Assembly: GCA_051313645.2 (NCBI GenBank)
Contig: JBNRSN020000009.1
Coordinates: 184,016,001-184,080,000 of the forward strand
DNA length: 64,000 bases
Direction: 5' to 3'
Origin: Centroscyllium fabricii
Taxonomy: Eukaryota
Under the pieces are notes generated by a model. It made no database searches and was not told where the DNA came from. It saw only the letters and a list, made by a program, of their open reading frames with translations. A program made the translations under genes and the position numbers. Numbering within the stretch: the first letter of the stretch is position 1; each line of letters begins with the position of its first letter. Of the stretch, positions 48,165-61,610 are shown one piece after another.

Positions 48165-49051
48165 ACGAATTGTTTACGATCATAGCCGCGTTCCGGTCCA
48201 ATGCCTTTTTTTTCTGCTGTAGCAAACCTTTCTGCTCTCGAGGTGTATGATCTAAGATCGAATGTCTCAAAAGTATTCAAAAAACCACCAAAATTGGCCT
48301 TCCGCCAAGAAGCTGCGAGGTCCCTCCACAGATAGTTTAAGAATTACTCAACAGAGCAGGCTATAGCCTTCATCAAGCTGGAGATGAACAACTGGATTGG
48401 GCTGTAGTCAATTATTCATCTCCTGGCTGATGTAGACCTTGATTAATTATTATTTCTTACTGCTACTACCACTTCCTTTCTACCTGAGTCACGGAGTATT
48501 AAATGTGCTATTTTACTGCAGCAGTCAGTCATGGGTTTATGTTTGCAATTTATTTTGTGATTGATGACAATAATGTTTCTTTTTATTTGTTGTGGTCATA
48601 AATCTATCTTGTGACCAGCCTGCGATTCCAAGGCAGAGCGATAGTCTATTTTTTTATGCATAAAATAAATGAACCATATTCAGCAAAGTTAAAATGTTTG
48701 CCTGCATTATGATTATGTATTTTGACGGAAACATTTTGCTAATTAGACTATAAGATTACATTAGAATTTAAATAGTTTTACAGCAAAAAGGCAAGCGTTG
48801 TTATTACAGCCACATCACCTTCTCCCTTCCAATGAACACTATAAGTTGAATAATTTAACATTTAAAAAAAAATCAAATTGATGTTTCTTCTATTTTTATA
48901 GATTTGTTCCTTTTTTGTACTTGGGAGGCTTATTGCAGTCTTGGTTCAGGAATACCAGCCAAAGCTGCAATTTGTTCAATGACTGGGAGCTGTGTACACT
49001 AAAGGGAAACTGGTTTCATGGTTCCTTCAGGATGCATCCCTCTGTTAGATA

Positions 49052-49740
49052 TAGGTTGAGCACCGTTAATCCGGCACCTGATAATTCGGCACATTCAGTG
49101 GTCCGGCACGAATCCCGCTGGCCGGCCCACGTGCTCCCAGGGATGCTCGCGAACTGCCAGCACCCCGCGATGTGCGGGCCTCTCCCCGGTAGCACCCTGC
49201 GATGCGCGGGCCTCTACCCGGCAGCACCCTGCGATGCGCGGGCCTCTACCCGGCAGCACCCCGCAACGCGCGGGCCTCTGCCCGGCAGCACCCCGCGAAG
49301 CACGGGCCTCTCCCCGGCAGCACCCCACGATGCGCGGGCTTCTCCCCGGCAGCACCCCGCGATGCGCGGGCTTCTCCCTGGAAGCACCCCGCGATGCCCG
49401 CGCCTCTTCCCGCTAGCACCCAGTGATACGCGGACCTCTACCCGTCAGCACCGGAGAGTCCCAGGATCGCGAATCTATGTACCTCCCAGACCACCAGGTA
49501 GGTGGGCAATTTATTTGCCTGCCGGAGAGTCCCAGGACCGCGAATCTACCTACCTCCCATCCCCTCACTCTTTGCACTGTTCTACCCGCGCGCAGCGGAC
49601 ACTTAGACTGGTCTACGCGCATGCTGCGGCCACTTGGACTGGTCTGCGCATGCGCTCCCCGAACCTTCAGTGGTTCGGCATTTTCAGTAGTCCGGCACCG
49701 GCCTGGTCCCGAGGGTTCCAGATTAACGGCCCTCAACCTG
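49052..49740. mobile_element. Tigger-like MITE with internal minisatellite of about 31 bp
   Basis: TIR (C)AGGTTGAG, TA TSD; CGGCAGCACCCCGCGATGCGCGGGCCTCT repeats at 49155-49450. Confidence 0.85.
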
Positions 49741-50993
49741 TATCCAATTCTGGCTTAGGCCCAGTGAGGTACACAAGCAAAGGAATTCAGCAGCAGATCT
49801 CAAGAGCTTTAAGTAAATGCACTTTTTATTGCCGCAAATCGCTGTTAAATGCAATAGATTAAAACTGGCAGAAATTACTATATCAATAGGTAATTAGAAA
49901 GGAAAAACATCTTGTAGCAGCCGTCTCCTGATGTACACTGGTGATCAAATGTGATTGGTAATAGGGAAGAACATTAATTTTCTTTTAAGATGGCTATCAC
50001 AATTCTGAGAAATTTTCTACAGCTCAAGGTTTGCTGCTAATTGTCTGCAATTTAAAGTTTAAACTGCTATGCTGTAAATAACAGGGGTTTCCCCAAAGTC
50101 AAGGTGGAAGTTGTTAATGGAATCTAGCCCACACACTTCAAAAACTGGTTCCCAGTTCGGGCCAGGAATGTAGCTTTTGAAGTAAATGGTTCAGGTCAGG
50201 AAAGAGTGGGTGGGGGGCATTAAACAACCACCTTGGGAGTCTGCAGGGTCAGGTTGGGCTGCATCATACAAGGGTAAAGGCTACTTCAGAGCTGTAAGGT
50301 GGAGATGGGCTTGTCTGGGCCAGGGTGGACTTAGGGAAATATTTTGGGAGGCCTTGGTGGGAGGGAGTATGGAAAAGAGAATGGGTAACCTGAGGATGAA
50401 GACTAGAGGTCCGAAGGAGAATTCTGGGAGAGGGTGCCAGTGCTCTGAAGCCTTGGTTTTGAAATTTCAATGGGAGGTACAGATAGCTATGGGGTGGGGG
50501 TGGGAAACCACCTTTCCCCCTCCTGATGCTTCCTCCACTCTCTAATTTAGAGATTAATAAGCTTCAACTTGGGGAGGGGGAAGGGTTGGTTGGCATGAAT
50601 AGCCGGAGTGGAGAGGAAGAGTAATAGGTAGAGCAGTGAGCACAAATGGAGAGCTGAATGGAGCTTAACGACATGACTGGGGGAACCATATCACAAGACC
50701 ATTTCCAACCAATATCAGGAATAATTGGAGCCACCGTACCATCTAACTGGGAGGTTCAGCTAGGAGAACTAAAAAAGTACCATTAAATCACCCCCATGGA
50801 AATCAATAGGAAAATACAAACGTGGGAGCAATAGTGTGATGGAAGTCACCTGCCAGTCATTGAAACTCATGACAGAATAAAGTGTTACAGGGTTAGGGTT
50901 AGTCTTACCTGACAGGAAGTGCATGCATACTTTTGATTTATTATACAGACAGAGTCGCTATATTAGATTGATCTATTGGGAAAACGTACTACT

Positions 50994-51260
50994 TGATACC
51001 TTATCAATAACCTCAGAAACGAGAAGTTACGTGGTGAATAAAGGCTTTTATTCGCTAAGACTTGGGCATGCCCCAGCTAGTCGACTGCTCCCGGAATGAT
51101 CAGGGGGAGGGAGACAGTTACCTTTATACCTGGTCCTGGGAGGAGGAGTCACAGGCGGAGTCAGCCCGGGCATGCCCAGACAAGCTGTACACAGAGAACT
51201 ATATACACAATGCTACAGGCCATGGATATGATACAAATATATACATAGTGGTTTACCACA
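50994..51260 (-). mobile_element. Solo LTR
   Basis: TG...CA; TSD CTACT; homologous to 16431-16718. Confidence 0.88.
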
Positions 51261-51310
51261 CTACTCTCTTCCTTTAACCAAATGGTCTACGCTGCACAGT
51301 AGAAGACATT

Positions 51311-52065
51311 GGCCCGTATTTTCCGATCGGAAGCTTCCTGCTTGCGGAGGCCTCCGATCTGGAAAAAATCTACGGACTTACCTGAGGGCTCCCGAGCTGC
51401 GTATACTTCCGCTCCTGGGCCTCACCAAACTCGAAATGCGCAGGGCCCACGTATCCCAGAGGCGCAGGTGGTTCGCAAGCGTCCCTGGGATCACATGGGC
51501 CATGGGGAGCCAATAGGGGAAGGGAATCTCCCTTCATACACTTGACAGATAGACCTGTCAAATATATGAATGGAGATCACCCCAAAAACACAGTAAAACA
51601 TTAAATATATATTTTTTAATCACCTTTTTAAAATGAATTGAAATTACAATAAATTAAATATTTTAAACAAAAATGTAATTTTTTGAGAAAAATAATTAAA
51701 GTTTTTTATGGGGCTGAAAATAAATGCACCTTTTTAAAAAGTATTTTAAAATTATAAATGAGTCAATTTAAAAAAAAAACTTTTTTCAACTCTTATGCTG
51801 GTAAAAGCAGGACTTATGCCTGATTTTACCAGGTGTAAGATTTTTAAGTGATTTCAGCGGGCGGAGCTTCTGCAGAAAGCGGAACTCTCCCCCCACAGAG
51901 GCCCTTCTCCAGGGCAGGCGTGCGATCTGTCAGGAGCATTCTTGACAGATCAGAAATACCGGTTTTCAGCGCATGCGCTTGGCGTGCCTGAAACCGGCAT
52001 TTCTGATGTCCCTACAGGTGTGTACACAGCTCGTATCCACCAGCAGGGATTGGAAAATACGGGCC
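51311..52065 (+). mobile_element. Harbinger-like MITE (family A relative)
   Basis: 14-bp TIR GGCCCGTATTTTCC; flanks ATT/AAT. Confidence 0.85.
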
Positions 52066-52616
52066 AATAACTTATTGGAAAAAAGTGCCTCAAGGAGGCT
52101 AGGAAATTTGACTGATAGTAAAGGTTGTGTTACAAATACTCAACCCTTTGGCTTGGGAGTTCAGCCTTTCACTTTTTAAGCTTTCAGACGAAGTTACTCC
52201 CAAACTGCTCATTTTTTTCTCCCGAGATTTGGCAGCTGAACCATGAATTTAGGATTAGGCTCTCTACCACCTCCCCAGCTGTCGGTCAGCTTCTCGGGTT
52301 AAGCACAAGTCTTCTGTTAATTTCTCTTTGGAAAGCGGCTCTAAGAGCAACCTGGAACAGCTGCCATAAACCATTAATTGTAACGAGTATTACTTTAATT
52401 TTACAAGATTTAAATTAAAAATTAATGTTTTAATTTAGTGAGATAAAATCTGTTTAATGAATATTAAATTATATGCGGTAATGAAAGGAAAGGGCCTATC
52501 ATTTTTTTTGTAAAAGATTTCATCAGAAGACACGCAATCAATTTGATATACTAACTTTTACCTGAAACAATTACATTATTCTTTTCATTAAATTTGAAAC
52601 TGTCCAAGGATTTATT

Positions 52617-53385
52617 GGGCCAGAAATTAGGGTCGCAACGCATGAGTACGCGCTGGGTACTCACGCGTGGGCCCATCGGAAGTGCCAGTTCCGGCATGCA
52701 CCGCGCATGCGCGCAAAACTGGCACTTCCGATCCCCTGAAAGAAGGGGTCAGGGATCGGAACGCGTACGCGTGCGCGTGCGCGGCCGCGGGTGCGCAATG
52801 AACTTGCGATTTTTTTACAGCTTTTTATCTGGGTAAGTATTAGAAAAAGATACGTCTGCTATTTTCAAGCGCAAAGACTGGTTTTCAGCAGGTAAGCGGT
52901 GATTTAATTCAAATTAAACATTTTTTTCCACAGATTTTTCATGTTTAAATAATTTAAAGAAAGGTAAGTTGATTTTTAGCCCGTTAAATACTTTAATTAC
53001 TTTTTTCAAAATTTTTAACTTTTGTTTAAAATAACTAATTTGTGTAATTGAGAGTTATTTTTAAAAATGTGATTTAAAAAATATATATATTTTTAGATTT
53101 ACTGAGGTTTTGGGGCTTGTAGTATTCATAAATTTGACAGGTCGTCCTGCCAAACTTATGAATGGAGCATTCTGTGCTCCGATTGGCTCCCCGCGGACCA
53201 CGTGATCCTGCGCGAAGCCTCGCACTAACTGCGCCGCTCAGATCCAGGAGCACAGCGCGCCGGCAGTTCAGGAGAGCCCAACATCGGGATTCCATGCGGG
53301 GCCACAGCTCAACGGCCAGCGCGGTAGGTAAGTGTGGGTTGGAGGCTTGCACTCGTGGGAAGCCTCCAGCCTGAATTTCTGGGTC
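52617..53385 (-). mobile_element. Harbinger-like MITE family A
   Basis: TIRs and high similarity to 11386-12140. Confidence 0.85.
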
Positions 53386-53644
53386 ATGCGTATTCATTGT
53401 GACTTCTTTTCTATTACCCTCCACCCAAATAAAACCGCCATATCCCCCATGATATCGTTGTTAGTCTGGCTTTATTGGTGGACCTCTCCATGGATGTTAA
53501 TGATGAAGCTTGATGGTTATTATTGTACTTGATCAATATGGATAGGACCTCCTCCTCATATGCTTTTCATGGGTTCTTCACCCCCACTCCCGCACTTCCT
53601 TAAACTACCTAATCAGGGCTGCTTAACAATCTTCCTCAGGAGGT

Positions 53645-54015
53645 ACATAAGAACATAAGAGCACAAGAAACAGAAGCAGGAGTCAGCCAATCGGCCCCTC
53701 GAGCTGGATCCGCCATTCACTAAGATCATGGCTGAACCAATCTTGTCCTCAACACCACTTTCCTGCTCTCTTCCCATGATCTCGTTGAATGGCGGAGCAG
53801 GCTCGAAGGGCCGAATGGCCTACTCCTGCTCCTAGTTTCTATGTTTCTATGTTTCTACCCCGCGACTCCCTTGTAGCTCAAATGTCTGTCAATGTCCGCC
53901 TTCAGTGACTCCGCCTGCACAGTACTCCGGGGTAGAGAATTCCAAAGATTCACGACCCTCTGAGAGAAGAAATTCTTTCTCATCTCTGACTTAAATGGGC
54001 GACCCCTTATTCTGA
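53645..54015 (-). mobile_element. CR1 3' fragment with an antisense SINE/CR1 tail inserted (about 53775-53856)
   Basis: Two opposed CR1-type tails. Confidence 0.7.
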
Positions 54016-55129
54016 AAGTAGTTTGAAAGTGAATGTCCGTTCAAACCATGGTACGAGCTCAGTTCTTTGTTAGCAGTCCAATACTCAAACAGAGTAGCCA
54101 TGAAGGAATATACTTTAAGTATATTTCTAAAGATATTTTAAAAAGATCTGGATGGTTCTAAATGCTTCACACCAAATGAATTACATTTGAAGTGTAGTCA
54201 TGTCGTGCTGGAATCTAAACCAGTCCCACTGATCAATCTGATCAGAACAGGTTTGCTTCGTGTATGCATTCTTGTTTTTAGACATTGGGGAAAATCTCTG
54301 ACAAGAATAAGCTATTCGTATGCACAAGTGTATCTTCTGTACCAATGCACAAGTTATGGGACCATCAGATAGCATTGTCTGACTGCTACCTAATTGATTT
54401 TGTGGGAGCGTCTATAGGTCTATTCATTTAAAACTTGATTTAGAAGCAAATTATCCCCCTGTATTAGTTTTATGATCAATTAATAACAGCAGGGAGGCCA
54501 ATTTCTGAATAAAGCTATTCTTGATAGAAGCAACTTGTTTCCATGATGAATAGAATTTCTAACAGGGATTGACCGTCTAATGAAGAAATACATTCAGAAT
54601 AATAAATAAAGCAGTATCAGGGAGTAATATGATATAAATATGGCAAGGCACATTCATAGTGAGGGAGGGTAAATCAAAGGGCTAATTTAAAACATCTGCT
54701 GGTAGTTTGCTCAAGCGCAGCATAGGCAGAGGCCCAGGAGCAGATCCGCTGCCCTGTCTCTATCTTAGAATTGTTTGTGATGGTGGCTATAAGAGAAGAA
54801 AATAAATAAATTGTCAAAGCAAAATAGAAAAAAAAATTCTGAAATGAGCACATTTGCTTCAGGCAGTAGATGTTCACTGACTGAGTAATGCCGTGCCCTG
54901 TTTGATGGCTGTCAAAATGGAGGTGCTGTTCCATGATGTGGTGCAAAGAGGGTGGTCCTGTTTGGCAATCTGAGGCAGACTCATTTGCAGACAACAGTGC
55001 AGCATGCCTAATAGGAGGTGGTGGCAAGGGTTAATGGTCCTTAGATTTGCCAGCACTGCTAGGAATTACACACAGAAAAAAATGACACAGCTACAGAAGC
55101 TATTAAGATAAGACTAGCAATAATTGAAA

Positions 55130-55600
55130 ATACCAGTCGTAAGCACCCATTTTTAGAAGGTAAGTCTTTATTTTATTGATTTTAAGTGTTGTTCTTACAG
55201 GTTTATAATTTTTGTTAACTTTAAAGACAGGTAAGTATTCTTTTAGGCCTGTTAAAGAGTGTAAAAAAAAATGTCAAAATTATTATTGTTTCTTTAAAAT
55301 AGGTAATTTATGTTAGTTGGAGTACTGTTAAAAAAATGTGGTGTTTTTAAAATTTTATTTTTGAGTTTAGATGTGTTTTGGAAGATCTCTCCTTTCAAAA
55401 GTTACACAGATTTCTCTGTAAGTTTTGAATGGAGGATTGCTTCCATTGATTGGCTCCCTGCCAATCACGTGGTCTCGTGGGAGATTTCGAACTAATTACG
55501 CCATTGAGTTGCACAAGCAGCTCGCACAGAGCTCTGACAAGGTGTGCATCTCGGGAGTTCACAGTGCAAAAATTCAAAACGGAAGAAGTGCTGGGTAAGT
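55130..55600 (-). mobile_element. Degraded family A-like MITE
   Basis: GGTAAGT repeats, ATTGG..CACGTG module, GAACTAA motif. Confidence 0.5.
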
Positions 55601-55839
55601 GCAACTAGGAGCACTGCACTCGCATGAAGGCTCCAGGGATCATTTCTGGCCATTGTTTGCCAAGCAGATGGCCCAAGTATGTCTGCCATAAAGTGTCCCA
55701 TGTCAGCCTGTTTGACATGTACTGCTGGCCAATGCCAAGCCCACACACAAACTTAGAGCTCTGTTATTGTTCATCTTGCCTGCCCATACTCCAGTTGGGC
55801 ACACATTCAAGCTGCAACTTACAACTGACACTCTTGACT

Positions 55840-56245
55840 GTGGTTCAGTAGTTAGCACACTTGCCTCTGAGTCAGATTGTTGTGGGTTCGAAGTCTAACT
55901 CTAGAGACATAAGCACAAAAATCTAGGACGACACTCCAGTGCCGTGCTAATGTGCCATCTTTTGGATGAGATTGAGACCCTGTCTGCTCTCTCAGATGGA
56001 CGTAAAAGACCCCAAGGCACTATTTCAAAGAAGAGGAGGGAAGTTCTCCCTAGTGTCCTGGCCAATATTTATCCCTCAATCATTATCACATTGCTGTTTG
56101 TGGGAGCTTGCTGTGTGCAATTGGCTGCTGTGTTTCCTACATTAAAACAGTGACTACACTTCAAAAGTACTTCATTGGCTATAAAGAGCTTTGGGACGTC
56201 CTCAGTTTGTGAAAGGTGCTCTTTAGTTGCAAGCCTTTCTTTTTT
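55840..56245 (+). mobile_element. DeuSINE (SacSINE1-like)
   Basis: tRNA-like head; Deu-type domain TTGCTGTTTGTGGGAGCTTGCTGTG..TTGGCTGC; TCTT tail. Confidence 0.75.
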
Positions 56246-56273
56246 CTTTTTTGGCACTGTCACACCTTCAAAG

Positions 56274-57223
56274 ATGTGGAGGTGCTGGTGTTGGACTGGG
56301 GTGGACAAATGCAAGAAGTCACACAACACCAGGTGAAAGTCCAACAGTTTTATTTGAAATCACAAGCTTTCGGAGCGCTGCTCCTTCATCAGGTGAAGTG
56401 AAACGATACACATAGGCACAGAATATATAGTCAGAAAACAAATCGAGATGATTACAGGTAATTTTTCTAACTGCCCTTTATCACACCGCGGCAGAGAGAT
56501 AATCACCGCAATCATAGGTGTAAATGGTGTTCAAACAGGTCAGTCAGCAAAACATTCCATCAAAGAACAATGAGGTGGGGTCACAAGAGGCCAAATGTTG
56601 CACATGTTGGGGTCTATATGAAAAACAACAAACAAACAAAAGGAATAAAAAATAAAATATAAAATAATAAAATGAAAAAAAAAATTGTGTGTTTTGCTGG
56701 AAATCACAGCAAGTCCGGCCGCATCTGTGTAGAGAGAACAAGCCAATGACGACTTGAGTCTGGATGACTCTATGTCAGGGGGGGCTACATGTAACGTGAC
56801 ATGAACCCAAGATCCCGGTTGAGACCGTCCTCATGAGTGCGGAACTTGGCTATCAGTTTCTGCTCGACGATTTTGCGTTGTCGTGTGTCTCGAACGCCAC
56901 CTTGGAGAATAGGTGATATAGACCCCAGCATGTGCAACATTTGACCTCTTGTGACCCTACCTCATTGTTCTTTGATGGAATGTTTTGCTGACTGACCTGT
57001 TTGGACACCATTTACACCTTTAATTGCGGTGATTATCTCTCTGCCGATGTGTGATAAAGGGCAGTTAGAAAAATTACCTGTAATCATCTAGCATTGTTTT
57101 CTGGCTATATATGCTGTGCCTATGTGCATCTCTACACTTCACCTGATGAAGGAGCAGTGCTCCGAAAGCTTGTGATTTCAAATAAAACTGTTGGACAATA
57201 ACCTGGTGTTGTGTGACTTATTA
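56274..57223. mobile_element. Fold-back Penelope-like insertion with GIY-YIG C-terminal fragment
   Basis: Inverted arms of about 310 bp; TSD CA(C/T)CTTCAAAG; minus-strand ILQGG..RKIVEQKLIAKFRTHEDGLNRDLGFMSRYM* at about 56787-56910. Confidence 0.88.
57139..57175 (+). ncRNA. Minimal type I hammerhead ribozyme of a Penelope pseudo-LTR
   Basis: TCAC-CTGATGA-A-GGAGC/agt/GCTCC-GAA-AGCT-T-GTGA: conserved core, stem II, palindromic stem III. Confidence 0.8.
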
Positions 57224-57323
57224 CATCTTCAAAGGGCTTCACATATAATGTTGTTGTTGCATAAATTACATGCATAATGCATGGTTATTTACTGACATGC
57301 AGGATGGGCTGCAGAATGACCAC

Positions 57324-58144
57324 GGGCTGGATTTTGTCAATGGAGGGCACTTGGAGGCGAGACTGCTGCTTGTCTTGTCAATGTCCCGCCTCCATCCTCG
57401 CCTGACCATTCAGAGTGATTTTCCCCTGATTAAGCTTGTTTAGCCCGCCCGGTGGACTCAGCAAGCCAATTAGGGAAGAAGTCACTGACAGATCACGTCA
57501 ACGTCAGATGTGCTGTCTGTCAAGACTTCTTGAAAGAATAAATTACAGCGTTTGACATTCTCTTGAGTTTGATTCGTTTTTGTGGTGAGGACTGAAAAAG
57601 CATTGTAAAAAAGTACATTTCAGATGTTTGATGGATCGGAGGGTCCATCAGCCATTACCTGAATTTGACAAGGTGGATGTCCGCTCTCCCGATCCAGCAC
57701 GGCTAAAGGCTACAGAAGTAAAAAAAGGTAAGTGAACACTTTTTTAAAGTAATCACTCACCTTGCATACTTACCACTCCACACTTGCACCCATCACTCAT
57801 CTCTACACCTTACTTCCAGGTGCCTCTGACCACCGCAGACCTCCTCCACATCTCCTCCAACCCAGCGGGGTTCTCCGAGGTTGGGACGCCTTCACCTGAG
57901 AAGGTAAAATGGCACTAATCCCCTTTTCTGCCTGTTAACTACATGTTAACAGGCAGTTAAAAGGATTAGAAGCCTTTCACGCCTCCAGGAGACGGGACCC
58001 GAAGCTGCACATTTTCCCGCCTTCTGGCAAAAAGGGCACGGAGGCAGGATGGGGGCGTGTTTGCCACCCACCCCCCACTTTCTCCGATTTTACGTGCTGT
58101 CCCGTCTCCATGCCCATCTCCTCGGCGCTTGGAAAGTTCAGCCC
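57324..58144. mobile_element. Harbinger-like MITE
   Basis: GGGCTGGATTTT...AAGTTCAGCCC; homologous to 28863-30120. Confidence 0.7.
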
Positions 58145-58260
58145 CATGTGTCTGTCTTCAGTGATGCTTTTTCTTTGGGATTTGCAGCAATGTGATGACT
58201 GTGGGGAACTGTATCTTGTTGCTGTTGCTTTTTGGTGGGAAAGAAGATGGAAGTGTTGGA

Positions 58261-58563
58261 TGATGCACAATCAATCACAATCAGTCGAAGGTTCGATGCA
58301 ACCGAGGCTTTTATTGACTTAGAACTGTTGCTACAGGTCTAGGCGATCTTCAGAGTCAAAGTGAAAGCACAAGGGTGTGCAAGCACATTTATACCCAGGT
58401 TGTGGGCGGAGCCTGGAGAGGAAGCTAAGAAGCTGAGTCCTCCCAGACAAGTCCTCCCAGACAAGACAAGGAGTCACAACTATACATACAGACACAGTAA
58501 TTACAAGGAGGGGACACAAGGGGGAGACACTATGCAATATATAAAATATGGTGGTTTACCACA
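58261..58563 (-). mobile_element. Solo LTR (another family of the same lineage)
   Basis: Minus strand begins TGTGGTAAACC, has TATAAA and AATAAAAGCC, ends CA; TSD TTGGA/TTGGT. Confidence 0.75.
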
Positions 58564-59087
58564 TTGGTCATGCTGACTCATGCGTCAGTCACCTATTTGA
58601 TAATGACTGGCTCATTGGGCAGTTTTTCAGATGATCCTTACACTAGCCTGGAAAGCATTAGATGTTGAGGGAAGAGGTGACCTTGATTATCATTGAAATT
58701 TCCGTCTCGTCCCTATAGATCAGGTTACCTGCAGCTATTACCGAGCTCCATGTTGACTCAGAATCTACAATGCAGTTTCCATCATCATTGCTGCAGGGTG
58801 GGGGAGGAGGTGTACCAGACTTTGTAGATATTGTTGGTGGCATAATAATAGGCAATCTGGCCATGGTGCCTGCTGATCTCATTGGCATCCTTTCTTCAAC
58901 CATGCAATGCAGTAATTAGAATGCTTCAGATGTATTTCGGGCACTTCAAAAACAATTCCCATTGTTAATTTTAACTTAACTTGCTGACCAACATGGAATT
59001 CTTCACTTTAGATGTCCTTTTACTTCCCTGAGCTCCGTGAAATTGTCAAGAACTTTAAAAAAAATTGTTAAGAGGATGTGGATGATA

Positions 59088-59570
59088 CAGGTTGAGCACC
59101 GTTAATCCGGCACGGGCGGGACCAGGCGCGTGCCGGGAAAGTGAAAATCCCGAACGATTGAAGCTTCGGCGAGCGCATGCACAGACCATTCAAAATGGCT
59201 GCCGCGAAAGGCCGGCGGCCATTTTGAGTGGTCTGCGCATGAGCTTATCGTTCGGGGAGGCCTGGCCCACGATCGGCTCAGAGAGACTCAGGAAGGCCCA
59301 GACCGCAATCGGCTCAGAGAGACTCGGGACGGCCCGGCCCGCGATCGGCTCGGAGAGACTCGGGAAGGCCCGGCCCGCGATCGACTCGGAGAGATTCGGG
59401 AAGGCCCGGCCCGCGGAGACCATTGTGAATGATCTGCGCATGCGCAGATCTTTCGCCGAAGCATCAAGCGCGGCGACCATTTTGCGCATGCACAGGGCAG
59501 TTGGGGCAATTTATGCCCGACGACTGAAGCTGCCGGCTTTCCGGTTAATGGATTACCGGTGCTCAACCTG
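59088..59570. mobile_element. Tigger-like MITE with 36-bp tandem repeat
   Basis: TIR CAGGTTGAGCACCG; TA TSD. Confidence 0.88.
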
Positions 59571-60125
59571 TACTTAGATGGCCACATTCATTGCCCATCC
59601 CGAGTGGTCCTAAGTGGTTATGCTTGGTCCTTCTTCTCCATTCATGGCGTCCTTGTGATGAAAGAGCGCCTCTTTCATGTCCCCCTTTTTAAAATTCTTC
59701 CTATTCTGCTGAATTCTTAAAAATGCTTCAATTATATTTGGCATTCCGGTGCATTAGCAGCTACTTTAAGTTCCATATAATCATTGTGTACTGCGAGAAG
59801 AAAAACACTTCTTGAAATAAAACATTAATAAAAATAATGATGCCATAAAAATGACAAAAAACAGTACTAAGAAGTTTCATGGGAGATGGGGCTTTTAAAG
59901 AGCCTGGGACTTTTTAAATGGGTGAAGGAAGGACCCAGCTTGATCGCATCCTAAGTGGATGGAAAATCACACACCGCTTAATACAAATACATTTTAATAT
60001 TTTAATGAGCTGCAGTTAATTTTTCTGAAAACTGGCACTAACATGATCAGATCCAACTGCATGGAACTCAGCCCATTTTTCCTGTTCCTTCAGTGCCTGT
60101 TCCACTCCTGTGCCATTGCAACATA

Positions 60126-60519
60126 GGGCGGCACGGTGGCATAGTGGTTAGCACTGTTGTCTCATAGCACTGGAGACCCGGGTTCAAATCCAGCCTCGGG
60201 TGACTATCTGTGTGGAGTTTGCACATTCTCCCCGTGTCTGCGTGGGTTTCCTCCGGGTGCTCCGGTTTCCTCCCACAGTCCAAAGATGTGCGGGTTAGGT
60301 TGATTGGCCAGGATAAATTGACCCTTAGTATTAGGGGGATTAAATATGTGGGGTTACGGGGATAGGGTGGGATATGTGTCAGTGCAGGCTCGATAGGATA
60401 TGGGGAGAGGGCAGGGGCAGGATACTGGGTTTGGATGATCAGCCATGATCTCATTGAATGGCAGAGCAGGCTCGAAGGGCCGAATGGCCTACTCCTGCTT
60501 CTATGTTTCTATGTTTCTA
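60126..60519 (+). mobile_element. HE1-type V-SINE
   Basis: Full-length copy. Confidence 0.9.
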
Positions 60520-61189
60520 CTTACCTTTGAATTTCTCTGAGCAGATCTTGTAAATATTTTTCCGTAAGCTGCTCTGCACTGCAACACTCTTACATTTTTT
60601 ATGCCTTAAATATGCAATTCAGCTGATAAAAATTTCTCTATTTGATTTGTAGCAATACAATGCATTTAACAGTTTGCCCTTCTAGATCAAAATCACTTTC
60701 CGAGTTCTTATGGACAGTATTTTGCAAAGCTGTCGATAAAGCCATGTTTTACCTCAGCTAACAGAACCAGGACACTACAATATATTTTGGTATTTGCACA
60801 ACATTTCAATCAGCAATGACCTGATAAAATTGGACTTATGAATATGGTAATTTGAGCATTCTTTAGCTCGTTCAGTTATGAAACAGACTTGAATAATGCT
60901 TTGTTTAGTTGCCAAGAGACATCTGAAAATGTTTGATTTCCGTCTGAATGGTTTGTCTGCAGTGCAATATATTACTAAACCATTTCCCTCCATTATCTTC
61001 ACCAACACATAATTATTTGCTAATTTTTTTTATATTTATTATACCAATTTATTTTGCTTGCAAGATTGAATTTAGCTATTTGAATATTATAAATGCAGGG
61101 CACATGAAGGTTAACTTCCCCTCAGATGCACAAATGGAGCAAAAAAATCTTGTTCTATTGTCCCGTCTGCAAGATAGTTCACTTTAAAA

Positions 61190-61610
61190 AGAAAGAAGGC
61201 CTTGCGTTTATAAAGTGCCTTTCATGACCACCGGATATCTCAAAGCGCTTTACAGCCAATGAAGTACTTTTTGAGATGTAGTCACTGTTGTAATGCGGGA
61301 AACATGGCAGCCAATTTGCGCTCTGCAAGCTCCCACAAACAGCAATGATTAGATAAACTGTTTTAGTGATGTTTATTGAGGGATAAATATTGCCCTGGAC
61401 ACCAGGGATAACTCCCCTGCTCTTCTTCGAAATAGTGTCATGCGATCTTTTATGTCCACCTGAGAGAGCAGACGGGGCCTCGGTTTAAGGTCTAACCCAA
61501 AAGACAGCACTGGCATGTCAACCTAGATTTATGTGCTGCAAGTCCCCGATTGGGACTTGAACGCACAACCTTCTGACTCAAAAGTGAGTGTGCTACCAAC
61601 TGAGCCACAG
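61190..61610 (-). mobile_element. DeuSINE (SacSINE1-like)
   Basis: Inverted homology to 55840-56245. Confidence 0.75.

Noticed and set aside
48221-60580. Further candidate exons (for example minus 60524-60577, about 58815-58894, about 52270-52350, 50908-50956; plus 48221-48320)
   Set aside because: Plausible splice sites, but several alternative frames and no unique chain; too easy to obtain by chance
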